Shown: positions 1 to 9,838, counted from the first letter of the stretch. The stretch is DNA of 33,938 bases from Candidatus Azambacteria bacterium RIFCSPHIGHO2_02_FULL_52_12 (GCA_001775835.1 MEYP01000005.1:13457-47394), one strand, 5' to 3'. Notes: a model not told the origin generated them from the letters alone. Made by a program: numbers and translations.

Positions 1-1
1 T

Positions 2-535
2 GACGCCATCCGCATCAATTTTGAAGTGAAGCGGGAAACCTGCCGATCGCCCTTGATGGTTCTGCGTCACAAGGAAGCCCATTGCATGGAGGGCGCCATG
101 CTCGCCGCCGCCGTCTTCTGGTATCACGGCGAAAAGCCGCTCCTTTTGGATTTGAAAGCCAACAGCAACGACGACGACCACGTCGTGGCGCTTTTTCGGC
201 AAGGAAACCTGTGGGGCGCCATCTCAAAGACCAACCACGCCGTCCTGCAATACCGGGACCCGATTTACAAAACCGTCCGCGAACTGGCGCTGTCGTATTT
301 CAACGAATATTTTCTGGAGAGCGGCGAGAAAACGCTCCGCAGCTACTCTGTTCCCTTTGATCTGTCGGGCTATCCGGGCGACTGGCTGGCCTCGCGGCAG
401 AATCTGTGGCATGTCGCCGTGGACCTCGACACGTCGCCGCATGTTGCTCTCTTGAAAAACGGCGCGGCGCGGCGCCTGCGAAAAGCGAACGCTCTTGAAA
501 TAAAAGCGAGTACGCTGGCGCAGTGGAAAAAATAA
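2..535 (+). CDS. Conserved hypothetical protein, transglutaminase-like/Cys-His-Asp hydrolase candidate (5' partial)
   Basis: The frame is open from base 2 (DAIRINFEVKRETC...). Motifs AHCMEGA, DDDHVVALF and WGAISKTNH suggest a Cys/His catalytic pair. Confidence 0.6.
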   Translation, partial: DAIRINFEVKRETCRSPLMVLRHKEAHCMEGAMLAAAVFWYHGEKPLLLDLKANSNDDDHVVALFRQGNLWGAISKTNHAVLQYRDPIYKTVRELALSYFNEYFLESGEKTLRSYSVPFDLSGYPGDWLASRQNLWHVAVDLDTSPHVALLKNGAARRLRKANALEIKASTLAQWKK

Positions 536-536
536 G

Positions 537-1166
537 TTACTCGTCTTTCTTCGGGAGATTGAAATCGGGCGCGCCGCAGACATCGAGGTCTTCGCGCGTC
601 AGGGGCTGGCCCGTTATCGCCCGCTCGCGCATGAGCGCGCACGGCAGTTTGAGAAACGGCGGCCTTTTACCGGCGGCAAAGTCAGTTGTTGTGAGCCCTC
701 CGCGCTGTTCAAAGTGCGGGAAATCGACTTCATCGTCATGTTCAAGGCGGCAGTACGCGCCTATCCTGCCGAGCTTGTCCCAGTCGATGTCATACCCCCT
801 CCACCGGTCAACCACGTCCACCGCAAGGCCGTAGTTGTGGATGCTTTTGCCCGCCGGCGCATCCGTGACGATATGCCCGTTCACCGTCCTGCCCTGGTTG
901 TATATCTCGTCCTGTTCTTCAAACGTGCGGAAATCCTCGTTGATGCGCAGGGTATATCCGTAAAAAGTCGCGATGGGCATGAAGCAGTCGTTCACCTGCG
1001 CCAGAAAATTCGGGTCGATCATCGTCGGCAAGGGAACAGGCTTCTCTGGCGGCGACTGGTAGTCATTGCGCCGCTCGAAAGCATTGAAAGCGAAAGAAAG
1101 TCCGCCTGCCACAGAGACGGCAAAGACGGCGATGATGATAACAGAAAAGCGTTTACGCACATTCAT
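537..1166 (-). CDS. Peptidase M15 family (L-alanyl-D-glutamate endopeptidase-like) with N-terminal anchor
   Basis: RTFEEQDEIYNQGRT, SIHNYGLAVD (SxHxxGxAxD) and DFPHFE motifs; hydrophobic N-terminus. Confidence 0.85.
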   Translation of the reverse strand: MNVRKRFSVIIIAVFAVSVAGGLSFAFNAFERRNDYQSPPEKPVPLPTMIDPNFLAQVNDCFMPIATFYGYTLRINEDFRTFEEQDEIYNQGRTVNGHIVTDAPAGKSIHNYGLAVDVVDRWRGYDIDWDKLGRIGAYCRLEHDDEVDFPHFEQRGGLTTTDFAAGKRPPFLKLPCALMRERAITGQPLTREDLDVCGAPDFNLPKKDE

Positions 1167-1267
1167 TCCGTTATGGTAATATAATTTTAAATTCCGGTCT
1201 ATGTTTTATATTTCCTAGCGAGCCCACGCGAAAATTTATTTTTGTGATGGGCGAGCGACGGAAATTC

Positions 1268-1289
1268 AAGAAATGCCATGGCATTTCTT
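1268..1289. repeat. 22-bp perfect palindrome at the 3' end of the MFS gene
   Basis: AAGAAATGCCA|TGGCATTTCTT. Confidence 0.7.
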
Positions 1290-2496
1290 ATTTCCTTTTT
1301 CGCGCAAAAAGAACCGCCCGCGCGGCAACCACCAGCGCCGCTCCCGCGATGAAGGGAGCCTGGATGCCAAGAACGCCGGAGCCGACGCCGGCAACAAGCG
1401 GTATCATGCCCTGCGAAAACGCCATGAGAGAACCGTTGATGCCAAGCGCCGCGCCTTGTTTGTCCGGCGAGACGCTCTTGCTGACCAGCGCGCTCATGTT
1501 GGCCATTGAAAGCCCGTTGGGTATCGCCAAAAACGGAATCAAGACGTATACAAATACGACGCTCGGCGCAAACGGATAGACGGCGAGCGTGCCAGCAAGG
1601 ACAAGAAGCGACCAGCGCAGTATCGCGCGCTCGCTGTATTTTTTAGAAAGGATCCGCAGGATAAAAAGCTGGGTGATAACGATCCACGCTCCGACAGCGC
1701 CAAAGAACGTTCCCAGGGACGCTTCGGAAAGACTGAATCGTGACACCAACAAAATTCCGATAAAAGAAATGAAGAACGAAAAACCTGATATATACAAAAA
1801 ACTCGAGATGTATACCGGACGCGCATCCACGTCCCGCAGGGCGGCTCTGATATTATGGATTCCCTTAAAAAACGTAAAGGCGCGGCGCGCAGTTTTGTCC
1901 TTGCGCGTTTCAGGAAGAAAGAGGGAGATGAAAACAATATTTGCAATGCCCATCATGCCGGCAACCAAAAACGGAGCGGCGGCACTGCCCGTGATATGCG
2001 CGATCCATCCGCCGAGCAACGGTCCTAAAATGAAACCGATGCCGAATGCCGCGCCTATCAAGCCGAAGTTTTTCGCCCTGTCTTTGGGCTCCGTAACGTC
2101 GGCGATGCTTGCCTGCGCAATGCTGAAATTGCCTCCCGCGAGTCCCGCGACCGCGCGCGCGAACAAAAGAAGACCAAGAGACGCGACTTCTATGCCAAAC
2201 CCGAAAAGCAACTGGGAAAGCGCGAGCACCGCAACGCCGACGGTCAGCAGGCGCTTCCTGCCGTATACATCAGAAAGCTCGCCCAAAATCGGCGCGGCGA
2301 TAAATTGCATAAGACCGAACAGCGCGGTGGTGGCTCCCGCGATAAGATACTGGGCGTTTTGCGAGTAGCCATGCAAAAGAAACGATGGCGAGCCGGGGTC
2401 GGTGAAAATGATCGGAATGATGGGAATAACCATCCCGATGCCGATCATATCGATCAACAATGTTGCAAAGAGCACCGGGAGTGTTTTTTTCTGCAT
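1288..2496 (-). CDS. MFS transporter, TetA/DHA1-like
   Basis: About 12 hydrophobic segments; motif A GELSDVYGRKR; motif C GAAFGIGFILGPLLGG. Confidence 0.9.
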   Translation of the reverse strand: MQKKTLPVLFATLLIDMIGIGMVIPIIPIIFTDPGSPSFLLHGYSQNAQYLIAGATTALFGLMQFIAAPILGELSDVYGRKRLLTVGVAVLALSQLLFGFGIEVASLGLLLFARAVAGLAGGNFSIAQASIADVTEPKDRAKNFGLIGAAFGIGFILGPLLGGWIAHITGSAAAPFLVAGMMGIANIVFISLFLPETRKDKTARRAFTFFKGIHNIRAALRDVDARPVYISSFLYISGFSFFISFIGILLVSRFSLSEASLGTFFGAVGAWIVITQLFILRILSKKYSERAILRWSLLVLAGTLAVYPFAPSVVFVYVLIPFLAIPNGLSMANMSALVSKSVSPDKQGAALGINGSLMAFSQGMIPLVAGVGSGVLGIQAPFIAGAALVVAARAVLFARKRK

Positions 2497-2577
2497 ACGG
2501 TATTTTTGGATGACCTTTTAAAACCGCTTCACCGAAAGCTTTGCGCGTATTCCCCGGAAAATTGTACGACCAAAAAC

Positions 2578-2904
2578 TTAAAAAGAGAAATGCTTCGAAA
2601 ACTTCCCGACAAGCGGAAGCTCCGCTTCTTTGCCGCCAAGAACGTTCATGATCCCGATGACGGCAAGAACCAGCGTGGCGAGATTCACGATACCGAGAAG
2701 CGGCATCAAAGGCCACATGACCATGCCAAGAACCCATGTGCCAACCTCAATAACGAACAGCACAAGCCCTTGCTTGATGTGGAATTTCACGAACGGGTCG
2801 TCTTTCGCGGTGACGTACGGAACGATGACCAACGGCCCAAGATAGGCCAAAACCCCCATGAGCGTCTTGTTGCCCGCCGGCGGTGTGTTGTATTGAGAAT
2901 CCAT
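2578..2904 (-). CDS. DUF4870-like small membrane protein
   Basis: LAYLG...DDPFVKFHIKQGL...LPLVGK pattern. Start placed at MDSQYN (2904), 6 nt after a TATAAT box. Confidence 0.75.
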   Translation of the reverse strand: MDSQYNTPPAGNKTLMGVLAYLGPLVIVPYVTAKDDPFVKFHIKQGLVLFVIEVGTWVLGMVMWPLMPLLGIVNLATLVLAVIGIMNVLGGKEAELPLVGKFSKHFSF

Positions 2905-2941
2905 GCCTCCATTATACACCGCCGCCCTCTTTCATACAAGG

Positions 2942-4879
2942 TCATACAAACACATAATCCAAAGTTTTCCTTTCGAGGTCGCCGGCGGCGATCTTTATTT
3001 TCACCACGTCTCCGACGGAATATTTTTTCTTGCTTTTGGTCCCTACCAGAGAATACGTTTCTTTGTTGAACACGTAAAAGTCGTCTTTCATGTCTTTGAA
3101 TTTCACCATGCCGCTCGCCTTGGTGTGCGACTCCTCCACGTACACTCCCCACGTCGTGATGCCCGAAATCACCCCCTCAAACACCTGCCCCACCTTGTCC
3201 AGCATATATTCCACCTGTTTGAGCGAGACAGAAGACCGCTCGGCATCGGTGGCGTTGATCTCCCGCTGGGACAGTTCTGCGGCAAAAGCATGATGCCACG
3301 CTATCTCCTCCGCGTTCAAATGCCCGCCTTTCAAATGCTTTTCCAAGATGCGGTGCACCAGCAGGTCGGCATACCGCCTGATGGGCGAAGTGAAGTGCGT
3401 GTAGTTTTCGAGCGCGAGCCCGTAATGCCCGATGTTCCCCACGGAATAGACCGCCTTGGCCATGGCCCGCATGGCGACGGTTTTCACCAGCGACTCTTCC
3501 GGCTTTCCTTTTATCTTCACGAAAATCTCATTCAACTCTTTCGACGAGATGTTCTCTCCCTTGGCCTGTATCTCATGCCCCAGCATCCGCAGGAAAAACA
3601 AAAGCTCGTCCACGGCATCTTTTTTGGGCGCGTCGTGAATGCGGTACACCGAAGCCCCTTTGTTTATCTTTTTAACTTCCCTGCTCAAATACGAAGCCAC
3701 CTCCCTGTTGGCTAATATCATGAACTCCTCCACGAGCTTGTGCACGTCGAGTCGCGGCTTTTGGGCGATGCTCACCGGCTTTCCTTTCGCGTCGAGCTTG
3801 AATTTCACTTCCTCTTTGTCAAAATCGAGCGCTCCCCCTTTCATTCTTTTCTCGCGTATGAGCTTCGCCAGCACATTCAGACGATGAAGCTCGTTGTAAT
3901 ACTCGCCTTTTTTTTCATCCAGCACTTTCTGCGCTTCTTCATACGCGAATCTTCTGTTGGAATTGATGACCGTCCTGCCCAGCCAGACCTTTTGGATATG
4001 CCCGTCCGCGGACATCGTCAGCACCGCCGCAAAGGTCAGCTTGTCCTCCCGCGGATTCAGACTGCAGATGTCGTTGGACAGCACTTCGGGCAACATCGGA
4101 ATGGTCCTGTCCACCAGATAAATGGAAACTCCGCGGTGGCGCGCCTCTTCGTCGAGTCGCCCGCCCGGTTTCACATAATGCGACACGTCGGCGATATGCA
4201 CGCCTATCTCGAACAGGTCATCGGCGACCATTTCAAACGAAATGGCGTCGTCAAAATCCTTCGCGTCAGCCGGGTCGATGGTGAACGTGGTGATGTTTCG
4301 AAAGTCCCTCCTTCCGGCGATGTCTTTGTGCGGTATCGGTTTTGACGCCTTCCCCAGCACCTCCGCCTCTTTTTCAACCTTGGGAGGAAATTTCATCTCA
4401 AATCCCTTTTCAAGCACGATGGATTCCATCTCCACGTCATTATCTCCTTTCTTGCCGAGCGCTTTCACGATCCTGCCTTCCGGATTCTTCTTGGGATCGT
4501 CCCATTTCACTACCCGCACCAGGACTTTCCAGCCGTCGTGGATTTTCCTTGATTCGGCGGGCGAAACAAAGATATCCGTGTACATTTTCTTGTCATCAGG
4601 AACGATAAAAGAAATAGCGCTTCCTTTTTTCTTGTCCACCGTTCCCACAAATTCCATCTTTGCCCGGCGCAATACTTTCGTAATCTCGCCGCTTGGCCGT
4701 TGCGCGCCCTGTTGCGGGAACATGGAAAACTCCACCTCGTCGCCGTGCAAAGCGGTGTTCAAAAACTGCGGTTCGATAAGGATGTCCGTCTCAAACCCGG
4801 CGGCCGTCACATACCCCGTCCCCGCCGACGTGATGCCGATGATCCCCCTTGAGCTTGATTGTGCGTCTTCTTTTTTCAT
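2942..4879 (-). CDS. rnr: Ribonuclease R (RNB family)
   Basis: TIDPADAKDFDDAIS, VHIADVSHYV and YTHFTSPIRRYADL motifs; C-terminal S1 domain. Confidence 0.95.
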   Translation of the reverse strand: MKKEDAQSSSRGIIGITSAGTGYVTAAGFETDILIEPQFLNTALHGDEVEFSMFPQQGAQRPSGEITKVLRRAKMEFVGTVDKKKGSAISFIVPDDKKMYTDIFVSPAESRKIHDGWKVLVRVVKWDDPKKNPEGRIVKALGKKGDNDVEMESIVLEKGFEMKFPPKVEKEAEVLGKASKPIPHKDIAGRRDFRNITTFTIDPADAKDFDDAISFEMVADDLFEIGVHIADVSHYVKPGGRLDEEARHRGVSIYLVDRTIPMLPEVLSNDICSLNPREDKLTFAAVLTMSADGHIQKVWLGRTVINSNRRFAYEEAQKVLDEKKGEYYNELHRLNVLAKLIREKRMKGGALDFDKEEVKFKLDAKGKPVSIAQKPRLDVHKLVEEFMILANREVASYLSREVKKINKGASVYRIHDAPKKDAVDELLFFLRMLGHEIQAKGENISSKELNEIFVKIKGKPEESLVKTVAMRAMAKAVYSVGNIGHYGLALENYTHFTSPIRRYADLLVHRILEKHLKGGHLNAEEIAWHHAFAAELSQREINATDAERSSVSLKQVEYMLDKVGQVFEGVISGITTWGVYVEESHTKASGMVKFKDMKDDFYVFNKETYSLVGTKSKKKYSVGDVVKIKIAAGDLERKTLDYVFV

Positions 4880-5856
4880 GAAATAAGATTTAAAATAAGC
4901 TTCACTGTTTTTTCTTTATGCGTAGGATTGCTTTCAGCCACGAGAACCGTTAGAGCGGTCAGTGCGGATGGAGTAAGTCTCACAACATCTAAAATACCGG
5001 TTTGCTTCAAAAACCACACGAAGGCAAAAGCACCGCTCCGCTTATTGCCATCGATAAAAGGGTGGTTCTTGACCATGAAATACAAAAGATGTGCCGCTTT
5101 TTCTTCAACGGTCGGGTAGACTTCTTTGCCTCCGAACGACTGCATTACATTGCCCACAATCCCGGAAACGGCCCCGGCGCTTCGTTCGGTGCCGAAAATG
5201 TCTGTTGCCTCTGATTTTTCAAGAAGCGACGTTTTCAGTTGCGCCAAGTCTTTCGATATTTCTTTCGCAGTAAACTCAACGTGCTTCTTGGTAAGTTTTT
5301 TCTTCGGGAGCAATTCTCTGTCATACGCATCAAGAGAAAGCCATGTGTCGGCAAAAAGGGAAACCAATTCCACAGCGTCTTTTGGGTGAAGCGCTGAACC
5401 TGCGGGAAGCAGTTTTTTAATATCTTCCACCACGCCCAAAAACCGCGCATGGTTTTTGGCAATACGATTTTTATTGATCGCATAACCGTCGATGATGTAA
5501 CCGCGAAGTGTTTTTGTCGCCCATTGGCGAAACAACGTAGCCTTTTTACTATTTACCCTATATCCAATCGATAGCACAAGATCAAGATTGTAATACTCGA
5601 CAGTTCTTTTTATGGAACGCTTTCCCTCAATTTGAACTGTTTCCATTTTGGAAACAGTTGCTTTTTTTATTAATTCTCCCGAATCAAAGATATTTTTTAT
5701 ATGCTTTGAGATAGCTGATTTTTGTACATTAAAAATATCAGCAACTTGTTGTTGAGTAAGATGAATAGTCTCTTGCTTTATATCTATCGCAAGCTCAAGA
5801 GCTCCTGACTTATTTTGGTAGATAACAATATTCTTCTGCATTATTTTCTTCGGCAT
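4876..5856 (-). CDS. RhuM-family protein with C-terminal Fic/Doc domain
   Basis: N-terminal YNLDLVLSIGYRVNSKKATLFRQWAT; C-terminal HPFIDGNKRSG. Confidence 0.9.
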   Translation of the reverse strand: MPKKIMQKNIVIYQNKSGALELAIDIKQETIHLTQQQVADIFNVQKSAISKHIKNIFDSGELIKKATVSKMETVQIEGKRSIKRTVEYYNLDLVLSIGYRVNSKKATLFRQWATKTLRGYIIDGYAINKNRIAKNHARFLGVVEDIKKLLPAGSALHPKDAVELVSLFADTWLSLDAYDRELLPKKKLTKKHVEFTAKEISKDLAQLKTSLLEKSEATDIFGTERSAGAVSGIVGNVMQSFGGKEVYPTVEEKAAHLLYFMVKNHPFIDGNKRSGAFAFVWFLKQTGILDVVRLTPSALTALTVLVAESNPTHKEKTVKLILNLIS

Positions 5857-5930
5857 ATTGACAATGTAATGGAAATATTACCAAATATAAAGCCATTTTA
5901 CAACTCACCCGAAAATGCTCTGTAAGCAAA

Positions 5931-5956
5931 AGGGGGAGCATGTATACGCTCCCCCC
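5931..5956 (-). terminator. Hairpin, probable terminator
   Basis: GGGGGAGC-ATGTATAC-GCTCCCCC stem next to an A-run, downstream of the 5974..6279 ORF. Confidence 0.5.
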
Positions 5957-5973
5957 TCTGGTATGTATTTTGC

Positions 5974-6279
5974 TTAGTATTCCCCGATCTGCGTTTCTCC
6001 CGTGCGAAACACTTTTTCGACGGTGGATTCACCAATGTACTCCACCCGCTGGTCGTTCCAATATCCGATGCCGATACCTCCCGTCTCGCAAAACGCGTTT
6101 CGCTCCGCAAGCGTGAAATGATACCCGGCATGCACCAACTCTCCCGACACGCGTTCCCCGACAAAATCGCCCGGGACGATGTGGTCGAAACAGATCGCGC
6201 ATTGCACGGTCACGCAATTTTTCATGGCTTCTGCCGCCTTCTTTTTCCATTTTCTCCATCGAAACCATTCAAAGAACAT
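5974..6279 (-). CDS. Hypothetical protein (CxxC plus His, possible Zn binder)
   Basis: 101-aa ORF with a strong SD (GGAGGTGA); CAICFD...H...C. Confidence 0.6.
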   Translation of the reverse strand: MFFEWFRWRKWKKKAAEAMKNCVTVQCAICFDHIVPGDFVGERVSGELVHAGYHFTLAERNAFCETGGIGIGYWNDQRVEYIGESTVEKVFRTGETQIGEY

Positions 6280-6342
6280 GCAATCACCTCCCTTCTGTAA
6301 ACGACATTAGCATATCTGACCCGGAAAGTCGAATTGCATCGA

Positions 6343-6960
6343 TTAGAACCCGAGCTTTTCGCGCACCAGGATCAGGTGCACTTTTCTTCCCATAAAGACG
6401 GGTTCCCGCTCGAAGATGACGAGCTTGGAAATGGCGCTCCCGCCCATACCGACCTCTTTCATGCGCTTGTCTTCAAGCGGAAGAACATGCTCGCGCACGC
6501 GCGCGAGCGCTCTATCGAGATTTTGCGTTATCTTCTGCGTGCTTGCGACGAATATGAGGTTTGGCGAAGTGAAAACGATGTGGGGCAACTGACTGCCGGA
6601 ATTGGAAGCAATGATAAACTCGCCCGTCTCTGCGACCGCGTGCACGCTCCCCAGATAATAATCCGAGAGAACCGCCTGCTTGCGGAGCGTTGCCTGTTTC
6701 GCGGAATCCTTCTCGGCAAGGATTTCCTCATGCAGATTCTTCCAGCCGTGCGCGCCCGATTTGAGCCAGTCCACATACCCGATTTCCTCCAGCGTGCGCG
6801 AGGAGCCGTTCATCACCGAAGCGCCCTTGGAAATAAGCTCTTTTATTTTCTCAAGCGCTTCCGCACGCGTATCGACCGATATGCCCTCAACACCGCGCTC
6901 CGCAAGCGCGGCAATGGTCTTTTGGATGGATTTTTCGTCTGCTAATGTTTCGTAGTTCAT
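6343..6960 (-). CDS. LUD-domain (YkgG/lactate utilization) protein
   Basis: GSSRTLEEIG, SVHAVAETGE, SNSGSQ, QKI and C-terminal EKLGF. Confidence 0.85.
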   Translation of the reverse strand: MNYETLADEKSIQKTIAALAERGVEGISVDTRAEALEKIKELISKGASVMNGSSRTLEEIGYVDWLKSGAHGWKNLHEEILAEKDSAKQATLRKQAVLSDYYLGSVHAVAETGEFIIASNSGSQLPHIVFTSPNLIFVASTQKITQNLDRALARVREHVLPLEDKRMKEVGMGGSAISKLVIFEREPVFMGRKVHLILVREKLGF

Positions 6961-6969
6961 GTGAGTCTG

Positions 6970-8082
6970 TTATCGTTTCGGGCACGGCTCGCCGCCGGGA
7001 AGGCCGCACACTTTTATTTTTCCGCCGGAAGTAGTCGTGGGGGCCGTTGTGGCGGGTGCTGTTGGAGATGAAGGGGTTGCATCGGCGCTCGTGGAATCCT
7101 GCCCCGACGGAGGCACCACGCAATTGATTTCAAGGCGCTTCTTGGGTATCGCCCAACTGTAGTTTCGGCGTTCTCTTCCTATCCATGGTTTCCTTACTTG
7201 TTTCTCTCCTTCGAAAACGGTCATGGTAGTCTGAAGCGTGTAGTAAAACAAACTGCCGGCAAGAGGCGCGTCATAGCCCGCTTTGGCGCAGGTAAACCGG
7301 TTCGTTACCCGGTACTCTTCTGTGGCGGCGAGATCTGTTTTTTTGAGAATAATCTCCTGCGGTTCGACGCGCTCAAATGTTCTTATGCGATGCGGACTTC
7401 TGAAATCGGGGTTTACCTCCCATCGGGTGCCGTTCGCGATCTCAAGCATCGTATGGCGTCCGGATGCCTGAGCGACGTTTGGATCGGACTCGTCCCAATA
7501 CCCCCGAAACTCCCATTTTCCTCCGGGAGTGATGGCATAAGTATGATCGAATGACTGACCGACCGCGACGGTGATTTCTCCATCGGGGATATTCCGTGCG
7601 TCAAAGATCATCGCATCGGCCTTGGCGAGAAAATTGGAGAAGTGCGGCAACTCGCCGGAAACGGTAAGCGTCTTTTGTTTTTCATCCAACTGGAAGTCTG
7701 TGATATTAAGACCCTCAATCTTCCCCTCCTCGTCGGGATCAATAAGAAAAACCGGTGAATACGCCCTGTTCGGATCATACGGAAATGTAACCGATATCGT
7801 TGCGGGTTTCGAGAACGTAAGTCCGTCCGGCTCAAGCCGGTAGACTTTCACCAAATCAATGGGCTGATTGCTTTCTTTGATAACATCCGCGGGAGCAATC
7901 GCGGTCATTGTTATATCCCCGACAGCGCCACCCACAAGAACCGTGTCTTTGGGTATGCGCAGTTCCGCCGCGCCGTCATTCGCGCGCACAACAAAGGCAT
8001 CATCGGCCTTTTCCGGAAAAGCAAAGTACGCTCCCGCGAGCGCCAGCACAAGCAAAACCGCAAAAAGAGAAAGCTTCTTCAT
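6970..8082 (-). CDS. Secreted/anchored protein with ZU5-like domain and Pro/Thr-rich tail
   Basis: Signal-like start MKKLSLFAVLLVLALAG; YRLEPDGLTFSKPATI...PHFS; P/T/A-rich linker and terminal Cys pair. Confidence 0.65.
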   Translation of the reverse strand: MKKLSLFAVLLVLALAGAYFAFPEKADDAFVVRANDGAAELRIPKDTVLVGGAVGDITMTAIAPADVIKESNQPIDLVKVYRLEPDGLTFSKPATISVTFPYDPNRAYSPVFLIDPDEEGKIEGLNITDFQLDEKQKTLTVSGELPHFSNFLAKADAMIFDARNIPDGEITVAVGQSFDHTYAITPGGKWEFRGYWDESDPNVAQASGRHTMLEIANGTRWEVNPDFRSPHRIRTFERVEPQEIILKKTDLAATEEYRVTNRFTCAKAGYDAPLAGSLFYYTLQTTMTVFEGEKQVRKPWIGRERRNYSWAIPKKRLEINCVVPPSGQDSTSADATPSSPTAPATTAPTTTSGGKIKVCGLPGGEPCPKR

Positions 8083-8123
8083 GTGGGTATTGTACCGCTT
8101 CTTAGCAATACCGCAAGACCCGC

Positions 8124-8645
8124 CTACATAACGCACTCCGGCGTTTCGCAATTGTTAGGGTCCCAGCAGAATCCCGATCCTTCCCCCACCGTGCAATTTG
8201 CGCCCACCGCATAGGAATCGCGGTCAAAGGCGTTGATTTCATAAATACTATCCCAGTCAAAACCATATGCCGCAAAGATGTCCGCTGTAGCGATCCATCG
8301 CTTCTCGCCCGTATCACCTTTGGGATAGAGCATGAATACGCGCGGATCGCCGACTGCCCGAACCAAATGCGACGTGGTGAAACCGTCTCGTACGGCGGGC
8401 GTTACCTCGCGGATATCCTCCCAACGCAAATGTCCGTAGTTATCAAATACGCTCGGACTCAAAACCAGCCGCTTGAACTTTTTTGCGCCGACATATTTCA
8501 CGATATAGACATCGATATCGCCTGCGGCACGGATCAATGCGCCATCAGGCAGGGTGAAAGTCGCGCTTTGAGCAGAAACAAAAAGGGCGGATGCGCCAAG
8601 CGCCATGACGCTCACCGCAAACGTAATGATATATTTTTTCATCAT
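8124..8645 (-). CDS. Secreted hypothetical protein with two internal repeats and a Cys-rich tail
   Basis: Signal peptide; repeats LIRAAGDIDVY...KRLV...W and LVRAVGDPRVF...KRWI...W. Start at MMKKY after TATAAT. Confidence 0.7.
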   Translation of the reverse strand: MMKKYIITFAVSVMALGASALFVSAQSATFTLPDGALIRAAGDIDVYIVKYVGAKKFKRLVLSPSVFDNYGHLRWEDIREVTPAVRDGFTTSHLVRAVGDPRVFMLYPKGDTGEKRWIATADIFAAYGFDWDSIYEINAFDRDSYAVGANCTVGEGSGFCWDPNNCETPECVM

Positions 8646-8670
8646 GCTATTATTATACACCATAATCTCC

Positions 8671-8748
8671 AAAACCACCCAGAACTTCTTCAGGAAATCC
8701 TGCGCATCATGCGCACGGGCTGAATCCCCCTACGGCATTATCCCGCCC
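8671..8748 (-). repeat. 78-bp imperfect palindromic repeat, copy 1
   Basis: Gapless alignment to 11451 and 12509; central TGCGCAT-C-ATGCGCA. Confidence 0.95.
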
Positions 8749-8804
8749 GGGCTCTTTTATCGCAAACATAGAGCTGCAAATAATACCGTCTCCGTCCCCA
8801 TTTC

Positions 8805-9314
8805 CTAGAGTCCGTGGTCCATTGTCTGGGCCATGAACCACTCATGAAAGGCATCAATAATTCGCGGGTCAGAGGAGCGATACGCAAGCTGGGCGCCATC
8901 GGCGAGCTCTTCATAGGCGACGGTAAATGCTCCCGGTGATTCTTTCAGCACAGCAATGCCCGGCATGCTTTCTCCGTGCAGGGTTTGCGGATCGCCAAAA
9001 TCTCCCTTGGCAAACCGCTCTTGCTCCGCTTTCAGGTGAGAACGGATAAGCGCGATCTGCTCGCGATCGTTCGGATCTTTTGCCCGTACCTGCTGGATAC
9101 CGCCCTCCGGCGTCTTATTGAATAAGTGCGTCGTTTTAGCCAAATCAAACGGCATGACCAGCGACCCTCGATCATGAATCATCATTTGCCGTTTGGCGAT
9201 ATCCGAAGGAGGCTGCACCCAAAGCGCATCGCCGCGCTGCCACCAATATGTGCCGCCTACAGCGATTGCGCCGCCAAAAGCAATGAGAATAAAAAGGATC
9301 GTCTTGCGTTTCAT
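8805..9314 (-). CDS. Conserved membrane-anchored hypothetical protein
   Basis: N-terminal TM; VMPFDLAKTTHLF, GDFGDPQTLHGESMPG and HEWFMAQTMDHG motifs. Confidence 0.75.
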   Translation of the reverse strand: MKRKTILFILIAFGGAIAVGGTYWWQRGDALWVQPPSDIAKRQMMIHDRGSLVMPFDLAKTTHLFNKTPEGGIQQVRAKDPNDREQIALIRSHLKAEQERFAKGDFGDPQTLHGESMPGIAVLKESPGAFTVAYEELADGAQLAYRSSDPRIIDAFHEWFMAQTMDHGL

Positions 9315-9339
9315 ATCGCGCTTATCTCATTTGTACGGT

Positions 9340-9783
9340 CTATATGATCCGGGTAAACACTTCCGCGCCTGCGCCGTCGTTGATCTGAAAAAGACGTATC
9401 CAGTCCGGCCGTACTTTGAACACCGAAAAATCATACCCGGGAATTTTCAGAAAAATATCGTAGTACGACTTCCGCTTCGTGAGAAACGCTCCCATGACCG
9501 TCTCGCGTTCCGTTCCCTCTACGGGTTCCGCGGTGCCTTCTATCTGGATGCTTACCGGTCCGGGCCCCGTACCGACAACCATCGCCACCCGGCGGTTATG
9601 CATGAGATTTTCATGCTTGCGCGTTTCGCGCCGCGTTGTGAAATAGAACGTCCAGTCGTCTTCCACGAAGTACGTGACGACGGCTGCCTGCGGTCTTCCT
9701 CCCGCGTTCACCGTAGCAAGCACGGCATGTTCTTGTTCCCGTAAAAACACCATGCAAAACTTTTGAGCATCCGCTTTGGTCAT
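9340..9783 (-). CDS. Pyridoxamine 5'-phosphate oxidase-like FMN-binding protein
   Basis: VLATVNAGGRP, FTTRRETRKHENL, IQIEGTA. Start is MTKAD (9783) or 9795. Confidence 0.85.
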   Translation of the reverse strand: MTKADAQKFCMVFLREQEHAVLATVNAGGRPQAAVVTYFVEDDWTFYFTTRRETRKHENLMHNRRVAMVVGTGPGPVSIQIEGTAEPVEGTERETVMGAFLTKRKSYYDIFLKIPGYDFSVFKVRPDWIRLFQINDGAGAEVFTRII

Positions 9784-9838
9784 GCTACTATGCATTATAC
9801 CCCTCTCCGCCTCTTTTTGAAACCACTTCTCCCAGACA

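Noticed and set aside
1244-1290. RKFKKCHG as a SEC-C motif
   Set aside because: The upstream CPCGSG is missing, the peptide falls on a DNA palindrome, and the ORF is antisense to the MFS gene.
1288-2496. Calling the MFS gene tetA (tetracycline resistance)
   Set aside because: Only family-level motifs are present, there is no tetR, and the substrate cannot be inferred.
5400-5407. CTGCGGGA as the second att site matching the tRNA-Gln 3' end
   Set aside because: It is only 8 bp, lies inside an intact gene and is expected by chance. No convincing att duplication was found.
8671-8748. Repeat as a coding motif with a recoded UGA (…FSPCA*CAGFPEEV…)
   Set aside because: It has no consistent start or frame context, the compensatory change points to nucleic-acid structure, and RF2 is present.
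8805-9314. Aspartate carbamoyltransferase label sometimes attached to similar proteins
   Set aside because: The protein is too short, membrane-anchored and lacks the STRT carbamoyl-phosphate motif.
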